DNA of 63,119 nucleotides, counting the filler, from Neolecta irregularis DAH-3 (Eukaryota): NCBI GenBank assembly GCA_001929475.1. It is 7 parts of 7 records of this genome, joined end to end, with 100 filler letters (N's around TTAATTAATTAA, not from the genome) between each part and the next. Parts side by side here need not be neighbours in the genome. Positions count along the whole stretch, not along the records: positions 45,388 to 52,905 come from LXFE01001164.1; positions 53,006 to 55,556 come from LXFE01001165.1; positions 55,657 to 63,119 come from LXFE01001167.1; 4 more parts are not named here. The stretch is one strand, 5' to 3'. Positions 50,201 through 62,887 of the stretch are shown piece by piece. The position numbers were made by a program, and so were the translations under genes. Under the pieces are notes generated by a model, which had not been told where the DNA came from, did not search any database, and saw only the letters and a program-made list of their open reading frames with translations. Position 1 is the stretch's first letter, and every line of letters begins with the position of its first letter.

Positions 50201-50622
50201 TCTTGCCCAAAAGATTTCCGAGAAGTGGTATGAAGCTGGAAGAAAGTAAGACAAGTAAATACAGGCGTTGAGCTGTACACAGAGAGAGACCCGATGAAAT
50301 AGGCAAGGCTACACTTGAACACTCTAGATATCAGCACCAGTATTTAAAAAGGAGTGTACCCTCGGATGTCATCCTGACTGAAAGCACGTCGCACTTTGAG
50401 CCAATAATATTGATAGAGAAAACAACATCGCAGATTCTGTCGTCTATCATGATAATCGTCGAAATCATCCTCGCCGTCAAGAAGTTGGGTGGGTTCAAAG
50501 TCGCCGCTCTCAGATCCAGTGTCCGTCTCGGAGGAAAGAGTGATTGGTCTGTGGGCGCGCCGGCCTGACGGAAGCACTACGGTCACTGCACGCTGGGGGT
50601 TACCGAAAGGCCGCTCAGACAT
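47250..50622 (-). CDS. FUSC/ArAE-family multi-pass membrane protein
   Basis: VYFHPFRTIG, KFAVKVGVGA, RGEWGLLTY, IGATNTAG...R..G...GA, GRFILLSYN and SARKKLR motifs; many introns. Confidence 0.85.
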
Positions 50623-51243
50623 GGTGGATTGACTTGGACAAGTCCTAGGTGAACTGAAAGATAATGAAATCAGCCACTACGATGTGGGTTGAATAAAGTT
50701 TTTATTTGTTGTACCTCCAATACAACAACCTCCCCTTTATGACCATAACTAATACAGGAAAACAGCAAGAGCATGTCACATGAAACGACAGAAGCAATTG
50801 AGTATTCGTATGAATGTTCCTCTCTGAAAACCGGCTGGATCCTGTCAAGCAAGAACACTATAGCACCGTAATATAGTGAGAGTTTTGGGTCAAAATGGTG
50901 GCTGGCGAACGCACCCTAAACAGTCTGGCGGTATAGAATGGGGCGCGGGAGAAGATTTGTAGAGGTGATGGTTGTCGTCATCATCGTCGACAGGCTGGTG
51001 TGGCATTCACAGGGAGACATGGGGTGAAAGTGAGAGGTTGGAGGTCATGTTGTGTTGCAATTGGCAGGGGTGTCTGTTTATAACCAATCATATGTACAGT
51101 ATGGGATCGTGGCAAAATAGACCTGGATCTATGAATAATGTAAATATATGGAACCTCTCAAAACCCCGGTTTCCCAATCCGCTCGTACAATTGAAGCGGC
51201 GACACAGTTTTTCTTGGGTCAATCTAGATTTGTTAGCTCATTC

Positions 51244-52326
51244 TCAATATAAAGTAGGAACCCGTGAGAACTTCTTGCCGTACTCCATTGCAACAGGAAT
51301 TATATCTCTCAAATCACTCAGACAGTGTTTAATGGGGAAAGTGCGACTGTCTCCATTGTAGTCATCGACAACGATGAAGTGAGTAACTGGTTTTTCAACG
51401 TTCACTAGGAACGAGTATGTATCAGAAAACCATTGCAATAAATCTCTTGGGAAAAAGCCTTGCGGAAAAGGATCAATAAATTTAGGGTTGTAGTTGAAAA
51501 TATCGTATGATGATTCCGACATTCTTAGTATCGCAGGAAAGTCCCAATCGCGGTATCGAGGATCTTGACTTTGTTCCGACGACAAGATTTGGCTTCCATT
51601 AGGTGCCTCTCCGTATAGAATTGAAGACAAATGGGCAGCGTAGAGGTGTCGGACTCCGAGAAAAATGTCTTCAGAGACTATAACGCGGACAACCGTCAAA
51701 AGGCTCGGGTCTTGGACATACACAAACTGTAGAAAAGTCTCTGTAAAGTCTGCATTAGCCTGGAGTATACTTTGTTCGAGATTTTTATTGCGAGTAAGCT
51801 TATCAAGGATTCTTTTGGGATTCTTAGACATTGGATAGCCGCCAGTTTTCATCCCCATTTCCTGGTGGAAATCTCGAACGATTTTGACGCAGCCGGATGA
51901 AGTATCATCAGAACCCCCATTTGGAATCAAGATCTCCAACTGTCGGTTGGCATGGTTGTGATCTTTAAAGACGTGTGCTCGAAACGACTCGTGCTCGACA
52001 TTATGGGATGTGAATTCATAGAATTTTTCGGTAGCGGGGTCGGGTGAATATAAGAGAGATAAATACCGACTTTTGTCTGCTTTAGTTATGACTTCACAGA
52101 CTGCGGCGTTTTTCCATTCTCTGTGAGGGGGAAATGAATAACAGTTCAATAAAGTTGCTGTGAAAGACGGTATGACTTTAGAGGGGTCGATGGGTATCTG
52201 TCCGGGAGGGAAATCATTTGGATTAAACTGGGCGTGTGTAGCCATAAATTGGGAGGGGAATACAGGATCATGGGGATGTGAAATGGCTAAAGTGAGGGTA
52301 GCAATAAGGATGCTGAATAATTGCAT
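51244..52326 (-). CDS. orphan secreted protein
   Basis: Intronless ~360-aa ORF; signal peptide MQLFSILIATLTLAIS. Confidence 0.75.
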   Translation of the reverse strand: MQLFSILIATLTLAISHPHDPVFPSQFMATHAQFNPNDFPPGQIPIDPSKVIPSFTATLLNCYSFPPHREWKNAAVCEVITKADKSRYLSLLYSPDPATEKFYEFTSHNVEHESFRAHVFKDHNHANRQLEILIPNGGSDDTSSGCVKIVRDFHQEMGMKTGGYPMSKNPKRILDKLTRNKNLEQSILQANADFTETFLQFVYVQDPSLLTVVRVIVSEDIFLGVRHLYAAHLSSILYGEAPNGSQILSSEQSQDPRYRDWDFPAILRMSESSYDIFNYNPKFIDPFPQGFFPRDLLQWFSDTYSFLVNVEKPVTHFIVVDDYNGDSRTFPIKHCLSDLRDIIPVAMEYGKKFSRVPTLY

Positions 52327-52905
52327 TGCTAGAAAGGAGACGACGGAAGGAGATAAAAACAATGCGGCTACCACTTAAACTAGAGTTTCAGAGTAATTCA
52401 GATGTCTCGTGAGGTTTCCGTTCCGGCGATACACGCCCATTCTTTTGCGGCTGAACCAGACAGGCCGTAATTGTCGAACAAATAATCTAAGTGACATAAC
52501 AAGCAGTGTTATGCGGGCGCTATCCAAGTCTCAGAAGCTAAAGAGCCGAGACAAGATTCAACAAGCAGCAACGAGGATTGCATGCGAACCGAAAATAAAC
52601 AAACTAAAGAAAACCCAAGTCGGCAAGTGACTGACGGCACGCCATCACGCAGCCGTAATGTCGCCCTTGCTCGCAAGTGATCACACTGTATGGCCTGGAC
52701 AACTCCGGAAGCGAGGCCGATGCGCTTCCGCGCTTTGAGCCCGCTACCGCCCCGGTGGACGGGTAGCTGTTTCTACCCGCAAGCTTCATAAATATCTCGG
52801 GTGCCCCGATCGCCAAAGCACTCGCTCACGCCCGCGTGCGGGGACATAATCATGCCCCACGATCCGACCGTACTGGCGCCTAGCAGCACAAGCGACTATG
52901 ACTCC

Positions 52906-53005
52906 NNNNNNNNNNNNNNNNNNNNNNNNNNNNNNNNNNNNNNNNNNNNTTAATTAATTAANNNNNNNNNNNNNNNNNNNNNNNNNNNNNNNNNNNNNNN
53001 NNNNN
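52906..53005. other. artificial assembly spacer
   Basis: N44-TTAATTAATTAA-N44. Confidence 0.98.
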
Positions 53006-53109
53006 TTGTATTTGTTGTTGATAAAATCTTTATCTCGGACGTTCAATTTCCTGAAACTACTAGTTTAAAGTCTCTTTGCCAGTATCCTAATAGCCGCGTT
53101 ATTATTCCC

Positions 53110-55556
53110 ATGGCACACACTACTCTATCGCCTTATCGCGCTTGGAGTTTGGCAATTTCTCTCGGTTTCCTTACTGTTGTTGTAACTGGGATTTTGCGGT
53201 TCTTCTCGTTCAGTACACTGTCCCTATGCGCTCATAAATCAATTGACATCCCACAGATGCAAACGACCCGTATTTTTGCGAATCTACTCTAAATTCAGGC
53301 TTCTGGTTGGGTTCAAATAATTGGCAGCCATGTGGGTGTATGCTAGCTTCATATTCTCCTGAAGATATTTCCACTTGTATACCGTCCTCCCGACGCATCC
53401 TCCTGGTTGGGGATTCGATGATTCGAGAGAATTATAACGCCTGGGGAAGACTACTTGACAGCAACTTTACCGTCTCTACTGAAAAACATGCAGACCATTC
53501 AATGGAACACGGAAATCTACGTGTCGAGTTCATATGGGATCCATACCTCAATTCAACCGGTGCCCTTGCAGCTCTTACCAACCAAATTACTGCAAGAGAT
53601 CGCCCTGCAATTACACTTGTTGGGACCGGCCTGTGGTATTTACGTTACGAATCGACGAATAATCCATTCATAAAATGGAAAAATACAATGGACAACTTTG
53701 TGAAAAATTTAACCACAGATATCGCTCTAAAATCAGACTTGTTCCTCTTCCAACCTACCGGGTTGCCCAACTATGAAAAATTAGATGAGAATCGAAAGGC
53801 TACCTTCAACCGCACTATCATTAACGAAATGAACACATATCTCGGAAAGTCAACTAAAATCCACACTCTAAATGTTGCGCAATCGTTCAATCATATGATG
53901 CAGACTTTGACTGGACATGCACTAGATGGGTTCCATCCTTCGGAAAAGGTTTCTGCGACACAGATTAATCTAATGCTAAACATGCGATGCAACGAACTCG
54001 TACCAAAAGTTCCTCCCTTCAATAAAACTTGCTGCTCTCGATACCCGTCACCAAATTACGTTCAGATGATATTGTTACTATTCTCAATTTTCGTATTGCC
54101 TACAATCGTTGTTCTTACCTTTCAACGTATGTCTTTTAAACCCAGTTAACTAATTTTAAGGAGGTTCTGCGTATTCGAACACAACTAATTTACCAACAGG
54201 GAAAGGAAAAGACACCTTCCGCGCCCTAACAGTATTCCTTGTGGTTATTGCTTTTTGCTACCTTGCCGATCGAACTCAAGTATTTGGCAAGCAAAATAAA
54301 TATTGGAATTTATTCGATTTTGTGATTCTTGTGAGTATTTCTGCAATCGCTGGGTTTTTTACCCTCAAAAAGTCTGAGAAATATCAACCTTTTCTTAATC
54401 GAGACCAAACAGATGAATGGAAAGGTTCGTTGAAGATATACCATTCGCTGACCATATCTTCAGGATGGATGCAGCTTCTTATTTTAATATACCACTACCT
54501 TGGCGCCTCGAAAATCTCTCCAATTTATGCTTTTATTCGCATGCTTGTCGCTTCGTATCTCTTTATTTCAGGCTATGGCCATGCCACATATTTCTATAAA
54601 AAGTCAGACTACTCTTTTCGTCGTGTTGCAAGCGTCCTGGTTCGAATTAATCTTCTCCCTCTCTTTCTGGCATATTTCATGGGAAACGACTATCTATTCT
54701 ACTATTTTTCGCCCTTGGTCAGCTTTTGGTTCCTCATTATCTGGGCAGTGATGTGGATTGGACATTCATATAACAATAATCTTTACTTCTTGGTGTCCAA
54801 AATACTTTTTGGAGCATGCGCTACATACTTGTCTACAGTGACACCTGGGATTCTCGAATCTATATTCAAGGTGTTTCGATTGATATTTAGGACGCAATGG
54901 GATTTGAAAGAGTGGCGTTTCCGGATACTGCTGGACATCTGGGTGCCTTGGACCGGTATATTCGTCGCAATCGCGTATATCAGACTATCAGAACGGGAAT
55001 TTTTGAGTCGTGATGCCTTTGACAAGGTCAGGAAATACTCAATCATTGCTTCAATACTCGGAATTTTGAGTTTTTTGATATTCGAGTTTTCTTGCAAAGA
55101 TAAATTCGTGTACAACTCATGGAATCCTTACATCTCGTTCATTCCTATCTTATCATTTATTTTGCTTCGAAATTCGAGTCAATCGTTGCGAAGGGTGCAT
55201 TCAAAATTCTTTGGGTTTATTGGAAGATGTTCACTCGAGACCTACACGCTTCAATTTCACATTTGGTTGGCAGCGGATACAAAGGGGCTGCTAATGTTGT
55301 ATCCTACGACCTTGAGATGGCTGAACTTTGTGGTAGTGACAGCTTTATTCATTGGGTTGAGTCATGCGGTTGCAGAAGTTACTGGAACATTGACGGACTG
55401 GATAGTTGGGCCAAGAACAAAAGCGAATATGACATTGGATATTGCGGATTTAGGGGTAGCTGTTCCATTACAGCCTATATCAGACGAAGCTACGGCCGAG
55501 AAAATATCACTGATGGGTTGGAAACACAACTGGTTAGACAACTTACAATTCGAGTT
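53110..55556 (+). CDS. CAS1: Cas1p/CASD1-type glycan O-acetyltransferase (not CRISPR Cas1), 3'-truncated
   Basis: SGNH-like LLVGDS and DGFH; membrane domain YLADRT, FLNRDQTDEWKGWMQ, YLFYYFSPL, EWRFR and SLETYTLQFHIWLAAD. Confidence 0.93.
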
Positions 55557-55656
55557 NNNNNNNNNNNNNNNNNNNNNNNNNNNNNNNNNNNNNNNNNNNN
55601 TTAATTAATTAANNNNNNNNNNNNNNNNNNNNNNNNNNNNNNNNNNNNNNNNNNNN
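55557..55656. other. artificial assembly spacer
   Basis: N44-TTAATTAATTAA-N44. Confidence 0.98.
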
Positions 55657-55921
55657 CAAAAGTTCAACGGTGCCGGATGAATATCTTCCTCCCAACAAGA
55701 TTATGTTTCTTCAGAATTTGCCAGAGACGATCAACGCAGAAGCCCTCACTAGCATTTTTCGGAGGTTTACAGGCTTTAAGGAAATTCGAATGGTTCCAGG
55801 CCGAAAGGGAATTGCATTCGTCGAGTATGAACGGGACCAGGATGCAGTTGGTGCAAAACAAGGAACAAGTGGCATGATTCTCGAAGGAAAAGAAGTAAAA
55901 GTGAGTTATGCAAGAAAGTAG
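55657..55921 (+). CDS. U1A/U2B'' snRNP protein, C-terminal RRM (5'-truncated)
   Basis: PDEYLPPNKIMFLQNLP...GFKEIRMVPGRKGIAFVEY...KVSYARK. Confidence 0.92.
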
Positions 55922-57472
55922 ATGGTAGAGCGATGTTATATATGTTACTATAACGAATCTATAAAGTTTGACATTGCAGCAGAAATATATGATCCACACA
56001 AGCAAACTAATTAACAAAAGCAAATCTACATGTAAATATGACCGACCACCTTTAACTAAATAAAATATTTCATGTCGTGCAATTGGTCGATGAAAATAAT
56101 CTTTCTTTAATTTGAAATCACATAGAGACATGCCACACAAATAACAAATGCAACTACAGTTCATAAGAGGTTCAAAGACAGCCTAGTTATTGCTGCCGAA
56201 GTACAGTACTGCAAATGAGATAGAGGACCAATTTCCCAGCAAGGACACTAAGCTTGCCGATGCTAGACCTGAAATCTTAAACTTCAGTTTTCAAGGATCT
56301 GAATACCAATGACATTTTCGGGGTTTCTTCAACCATGCTTTCATTTCTCATCCTCTCATGCTCCATTCGATGTCTTTCCCTAGCTATTTTCACAGCCACA
56401 AATTGATGGGGTTTCGACAACTTTTTTGGGCGAGTCATTATTCCACTTGTTGGTTCGACGCGAGAAACCTTTTTGAACTTTATACATGTTGGTAAACATC
56501 CCATCGTCTGAAGCACCTCATATTTCGGGATATATTTTGTAGTCTTTATAGTTGAGACATATGGAACGTGCGAACAGCACAGCTAGTTAACCGTTTGCTT
56601 ATGCTAGAGCATCTAACTGAGAATTCGAATTTAGCAGCTCATGTTCTAGATTTGTTTCATTTCAGGGCCATTCCAAGCTAGTTCTCTAGCATTTCTTCAA
56701 AAGGTCATTGATAAAAGGCCTATACAATGCAATGCCATCCCTCACTATGAATTTGTGTACTAGCACATATATATCTATTTAGAATTTCAGCTCATCAGGG
56801 TCGGGGGAGGCCTGATAACAATTTCCTACCACTTCCCGATTACTATAATAATTATCTCTACCGCTCTAATTGTACAAGAACGGAACTTATTTGTTATGGG
56901 GGTCGCTTCAGAATCTTTAGTTATTTAGCATGTTCGGCAACCAGACTATGATTGTATTCCAAATCGAATTCAATACATGATTCTGTTTCAAATTCATTTT
57001 TTCGCGCTGAATGTGACGTCCATTAATGCCACCGGTCGTTAATCCGCTAGATGGAATACTCAGAATGACCTGTAAGGGAAAATCAAGCAAGAAGGCACGT
57101 TGATGACTCGGTTCTGGTTAAAAACATAGTACTCTTCCATTTTCAAAGTTTCAAACATGACAGCGAAGCGACAGCAAAACAATCCTTCTAAGCGAAGAAG
57201 GCCAAGTTATATCTGAATATACATCTACTGGGATTTCGGAATCACTCAAAGGCGTAGTTCGTAGTTAGAATCTGATATCTGGTTGCCGTCGATATTTCTA
57301 GTACAATTCACTGATTTTGTATCGCTAGGTATCCAGTATACCTGAGCTATCCACTTGAATTGGGGAAGAATATCTGCAAATATTTCCTATAAATGATGTC
57401 TTACCTTCTAATGAGTACCGACAGACCTTCCATAAATTACCTTTCCCAAGTTGCTCCGTTTCCACTGCAGTC

Positions 57473-58627
57473 ATGCAACATCGTGTACCTACGTTATTGA
57501 CGACTACCACGACTCTTATTACAGTGAGCATTACAACTTGGTGCATTGGTGACAAAAAATGGCAAAAGAACATTTCCCTGATGTTAAAGCTCGCTGGGGT
57601 GTCAAGTTAAAAAGCCTGAAAAATCAGAAGTTTTCTCGCTGGGGTATATCTTGCGTTGACTCAACGACAAGATTAACGTATTCTTAGTCCTTCTGGCGGT
57701 TTACATTGATGCTTATCTTTATTTTTTCAGTTTGACAATTCTGTACTTGGATGTTTCAAGCCCGCTGATTGACTTTCAGCCGAAGCGGAATATCAACGAA
57801 CTTGAAAAAAACAGCTTGTGAGTCGGTAGCTGCTTTGTGCATGGCTTTAATCGCCTCCTGGAAGATCTTGGCTCATCTATTTCTTTGTGAGCGTGCTTTC
57901 GCTTTACGGGGCAGGGCTTCTCGCTGGGAAGATAAGGTGTATTTCGTCAATATCTTGATGATTGTTGGGTTTATTATTCCCCCCATAAGGATCGCCATAT
58001 GTAAGCTTTATCAGATTTTAGTCACTAAATCGAGTTCATACCACGATCATCGACCCGAAAACTGGCAAGTGTATACCTAACATAGGATTTATGCCCTATA
58101 TGACTTCTCTTGGGGTTGAATATGCAGCAAGATCATGAAAAAGATTACTGACCTCTAACCATAGGTCAACTTTTGCCTAACTGCTCAATTCATTTTCCCT
58201 TTTCTAAGAAAAGGGTCATTTAAACAAATTGACTCAGATCTTCGCTCAAGCGTGAAGAAAACCGCAATAGGCAGTGCTCTGGCTCTTTTTCTGAACTTCT
58301 TCAATCTTATGCGAATTTTGGCCGAGGACACTTTCCGCGCAGAAGCTGTTCACGCCTCTACAAATCTCAACATTGCACTAAGAGTCTTGGTTTTCTACTG
58401 TAAGTGGAAATTACACGGAAATTCACATGTTAGGGTTGAGTGGATATATAGATAAAGATGTGGAAGATCTAGCTACCATATTGGCTGAAGAATTGGCTAT
58501 CACAGGAGGAAGATCAGGGCCACTGGAAATTGTCAGAACTATCCAAGTGGAACAGTTCAGTGAGATGTGCAGACATGTCGAGGAGGACCACGTATGCTAC
58601 CTTCAAACAAAAGTAGAATCACATTAA
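57473..58627 (+). CDS. multi-pass (7TM-like) membrane protein, paralogue A
   Basis: Spliced exons give MQHRVP..TWCIARWG, HLFLCERAF and KKTAIGS, with several hydrophobic segments and a C-terminal IVRTIQVEQ. Confidence 0.7.
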
Positions 58628-59174
58628 TATCATATTTTGCTAAGGGAAATTGAATGTTTTATCTTCATCTGTTCAACTGTTGTTAGTTGTTACCATTGGA
58701 TCGTACGGTGAATCTGCAGCGCTTAGTGGAGTTTGTATTTTGAAAGCGTATCTGAATCATCGCTGCTAGCTTTATTCTTTCCAAGTCCGATTTGACACGA
58801 AATTTTGGATTGTTATTGTAGAGTTTGAGGTTCCACTTTCGCGAAGATCTACCCGAATTATCCACGGCCTCTTGAACCCCTCTAGCTTGAAGACAGCAAC
58901 ATTCCTCCAACACAGCAATCCGCGAGCCTTTGGAATGATTAAATTACCTCGGACATGCCTGTTTCATTTGAAACAAAGAGCATTACGTTTGTTGTCACAA
59001 TAAAATATTGCAAGTACATGTCTCACCTGGAGTATCTTTTGACAGTCATTTGTCATTAAAGATTCTGTACATGCTGTTAGAGATTTCACAGTTCGACTCT
59101 TCTATCACCGCCATACATACGCTCATTGCTGCTTTCCCAAGTACCTGTCCATAGACTCAGTATTGTTAGCGGAA

Positions 59175-60164
59175 ATGCATCAGAATGTTCCAAGTATGAT
59201 ATCAGCGATCGTAAATTTCTGGGCATTAACCTCAATTACGTGGTGTATAGGTGCGGGTTTACTCTATGGTCTCTCAATCCATTCTATCAATTTTATGTTA
59301 TCCTTGGCTGATACTACGTAATAGCACGTTGGGGTGTTAGTTTAAAGGACTTGCGAAAACAACGTCCGGCTCGATGGCGTAAACAAATCCTCTATTATAA
59401 ATCAATAAACTGTAGTTCTATTGGCGATTTATTTCTCTTCTTTCCTATTTCTCAGCTCCCTTGTGTTCCTGTACGTTTCTTTCATGATTAAATGCCCCTC
59501 TTACCTTAAGACATAGTGGTCTTCATCTCGAATCCAAACTTGCTTGCGATAGAGTCAGTATCATATACATAGCATTCTATGCTGGATTCAGAATTCTCAT
59601 TTATTTGTTCTTGTGTGAACGAGCCTTCATCGTTCAAACTGTCTGTACACGCAGAACTGACAAGCAATATCTTGCGAATGTGTCTATGGTGATAGGACAC
59701 TTGGTCCTCTTTGGTCTGATGTTATATTGTGAGTTGACTGTGGCTAAACGACTGACCAAGACCGTGTTTCGATTTATCACCAAGTAACTAATGAATGTAT
59801 GATTGGTATGAAACTGGAAGGGGATATTCCCTTGCTTCTTTACGATTCCTTGGTAACACAAATTTCTCTGTTTAGAAGACTAATCTCTAATTGTCAGCTC
59901 AATATTAATCTTACGGTACAGTTTCTCATGGCCATCACGAAAACCCATTCTTACCGCAAACGAAATCCTCATCTTAAATCCCTCGTATTGAGGACAGCTG
60001 CCGGAAGCCTGGCTATGCTGACGACTGAAATGTCTAATCTCACCTATATAGCAACATTAAAAGAAACTAATCCAGCGTGGAAGTTCTTGGCTTGTTGTAG
60101 TGTCGATGTTGCTGCTACGGCTGTTGTGCTTCATTGTTTGTCCTCTCAAGCAAGCTATGGCTAA
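59175..60164 (+). CDS. multi-pass (7TM-like) membrane protein, paralogue B (3' end uncertain)
   Basis: MHQNVP..TWCIARWG, YLFLCERAF, LRTAAGS and WKFLACCSVD; the first introns match those of paralogue A. Confidence 0.7.
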
Positions 60165-61773
60165 GGTTTTCAGGGTTAACGGGATATTTTAGTGTTGCAA
60201 GAGAACATAAACCCATTGTATCAAAGCCTTGAGGGACAGAAACGTCTCGTCATGGAACCAACTTGAACCAAATTAAGATTCTCAAAACGACTGATCCAGA
60301 ACAATCTCATCCCGCTAAGAATTAAAGAATTATTTCTCTCCTTTTTCCTATTTTCCTCTATCTTGCCAGAATCATAAAATCTTCAATGGCTCTACAACTA
60401 CAACCTGTGTGTTACAAGTCCTTTAAAATATCCTCCAAAAGATTACTATATCATTTTCGTACCACAAGTTCTATGAAAAAGGATAGCCCTTAATTGAAAC
60501 TCGCAAGGCCGACTATAAGATTAGCGTTAATCGCCTCATGAAGAGATAGACCTTAGCAATCAGACTTTAGGGTTAGGTTTATTGACTGAGCGTTTTAAAC
60601 AACCTAACTTTGCGAACCGAAAAGTGTGGCAGAGGGCTAAATGTGTGACAGTTAGTCGTCACCGTAAGGATGACGGCTATCTCCCACACAGATACTATAT
60701 ATATTACATGGCTACTTAGTGTCCTATTGCCCTCATTCGTCGGGGGAGTCTCCACTCCTCCTTTTACCGCTATCCAGGCTTACCCCGAAGGAGCCTCTCC
60801 GTTACAAAAAGATGGCTATTCAAATCCATTTCGATGCAATCTCCGGCTTACTAAATGGATGCAACGCCCTTCCCAAAACCTCCGTTCTCTCGGCTCGCCA
60901 TTGTAGCCGTGTTCGCTAAATCTCTTTGGCGTCCAGAGAGGTACTGTACTTGAAACCCCGCCGAAATAAATTGTGAAGCTATCTCCAAACGCCGATTTGG
61001 ATGACAACTGAGCAAGACAATTCCTCCTGCGTGGTGATATCGGAGGATAGGTTTGCCGCTATAGATAGACAGGTTTTCAGAGACTTCAGGACTAAAGACA
61101 CTAAGAATTTGCTTGTGAAATGATTGGCAAAGACATGTGAAAACATGCTACGGTCGGGTATTATTATTTTAAAGCCAAGTTTAGCATTAACCTTTGATTG
61201 CCTGTCAGGATGAAATCAGCTGCGCCATCGCTCTAACCCCATACATTGACGGGATTTGCAGCTAAATTCCCACCATCATAGCTCTGAAGTAGTCGTCGCT
61301 TGCAAATAACTCTTTTATATATACGATTCTCTATTCTCCAGGTTCAAGGTTCAAGGCGAGGAGCTTAGGACGGAATAATGGAACGGCGAGGATTATAGAT
61401 ACAGATAATACTAAATAGGTGTACTTTGGTCCTTCGTATTATGATTTTGTCTCTCAGAACTGAAAAGATTGTTTTAACAGGGTTGTCAAACTATCTGGGA
61501 AACGAGAGCAAAATAGTCAAGGTGTTTGATTCAGCTTTGATAATTTGCGATTGGTTCCCCCTTGCACAAAAGCTCCTTGTGCTGTTTGCGGGACTTGTTG
61601 TTAGTGAAAAAGAGTCATTTAGCGCAAGCCTCAGGGGTTTACCTAGTTCTATTTGGTATCCTCCGTCGTAGAGACTTATAAGAGCGTAGGAAAGGGGTGA
61701 GATATTTTTAAATTCTGGGTCCCTATAAAAGATTACTCCAGGCTGCTTCCAATTTATTCGCACCTCGTTCACT

Positions 61774-62887
61774 ATGTTTTTGTCTTTTGCAACCGGGCTT
61801 CTATTTGCAACAGCAAGTGCACAGTACGCGTACCAGTTGAAGCTTTTCTCTCCTCAAGAGTGCACATATCCGGCCGGTACGAATTTTGCGTTTCATCTGA
61901 CTTATAACAGGCACATCACTGCCCATTACTCTGAATGTTCTCAATGTGACGAACGTGGCTGATGTGGGATTTACGACCGGCTACAGCATTAATTGTAACG
62001 GAAATATAGTCTCATCATCCTCGACATCGTTAAACGCAGCGGTTGGGGAAAACAACTGGTCATGGACGCCATCCGCTTGGACTGTCAGTGGATCTGGGTC
62101 TTGCACGTTTCAATTGACTTTTCACACAAACTGCGCTAGTTCGCCCGATTCGACTCTAAGTGTCTCGTTTGCAATCGGTTCGAAAACCCCGGCTACGAAT
62201 GACAAGCCTTCACGTGAGAAAGACGTCCCATGGGATTCTACTTGGGATACCTGTGTGAAGAATTCTGCTACAAATGGGCGAAGCAGTCAATCCAGCTCAT
62301 TTTCCAGTTCCGGGACTGGTTCCAGCTCAGCGTCCAATGTCGGAGACATTTTTGGTACGAGTCTCATGGCATCTCCCAATGCTGGTAGTGGTAACCTTAT
62401 TATGCCCAGCATGAGTTCCTCGGATTCATTTGTACCGACTGGGGGTAAGCCCAGCGATTCATTCAGCTCTCAAGGGTCATCTGCTAACAGCCCGGGCTCC
62501 TCTCAAGGACTTTCCAGTCAGAATCCTCCACCGCAAGCTCCCGCTCCACTGCAAACTCCTCCCAGTCAACTCATTCCTCCGCCTTCTCAGGCTACGCCGC
62601 CGCCGCTAGGATCTCTGTCGCCTGTATCGCTGGATGTTGTCCCACCTGCTGCATTATCCCCACAACCCACGAATGCTGCGAATATTTCAGGAACTACCCC
62701 GGAGAGTGTGTCTTCAAGCAATGCTCCGGTCAATCAGCTGCCCTTGGACTCCAACAAAAATATTAGTCAGATTCCGACAACCGGGTCCCCATCTACACCG
62801 AAATCTAGTAGAGGATTCGCCATGGGTTGCTCGGTTGTTGTCGTCATGGGAAGTGCTATCGTGGTGGGTGCAAGTTTCGGATTTTAA
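61774..62887 (+). CDS. secreted, probably GPI-anchored Ser/Pro-rich cell-surface protein
   Basis: Signal peptide MFLSFATGLLFATASA, 1 intron, Cys-containing beta-rich N-domain, S/P-rich stalk, and a hydrophobic C-terminal tail after SS. Confidence 0.85.

Noticed and set aside
53110-55556. 'Cas1' as a CRISPR component, or the minisatellites as CRISPR arrays
   Set aside because: This is the fungal Cas1p acetyltransferase, and the tandem repeats have no unique spacers.
11627-55656. Recurrent TTAATTAATTAA palindrome
   Set aside because: It is always centred in identical N runs; it is an artificial six-frame stop linker, not biology.
60567-60577. TTAGGGTTAGG telomere-like motif
   Set aside because: Fewer than two full units; expected by chance.
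61491-61772. 93-aa minus-strand ORF abutting the GPI gene start
   Set aside because: Non-ATG start within a likely promoter/5' UTR; no motif.
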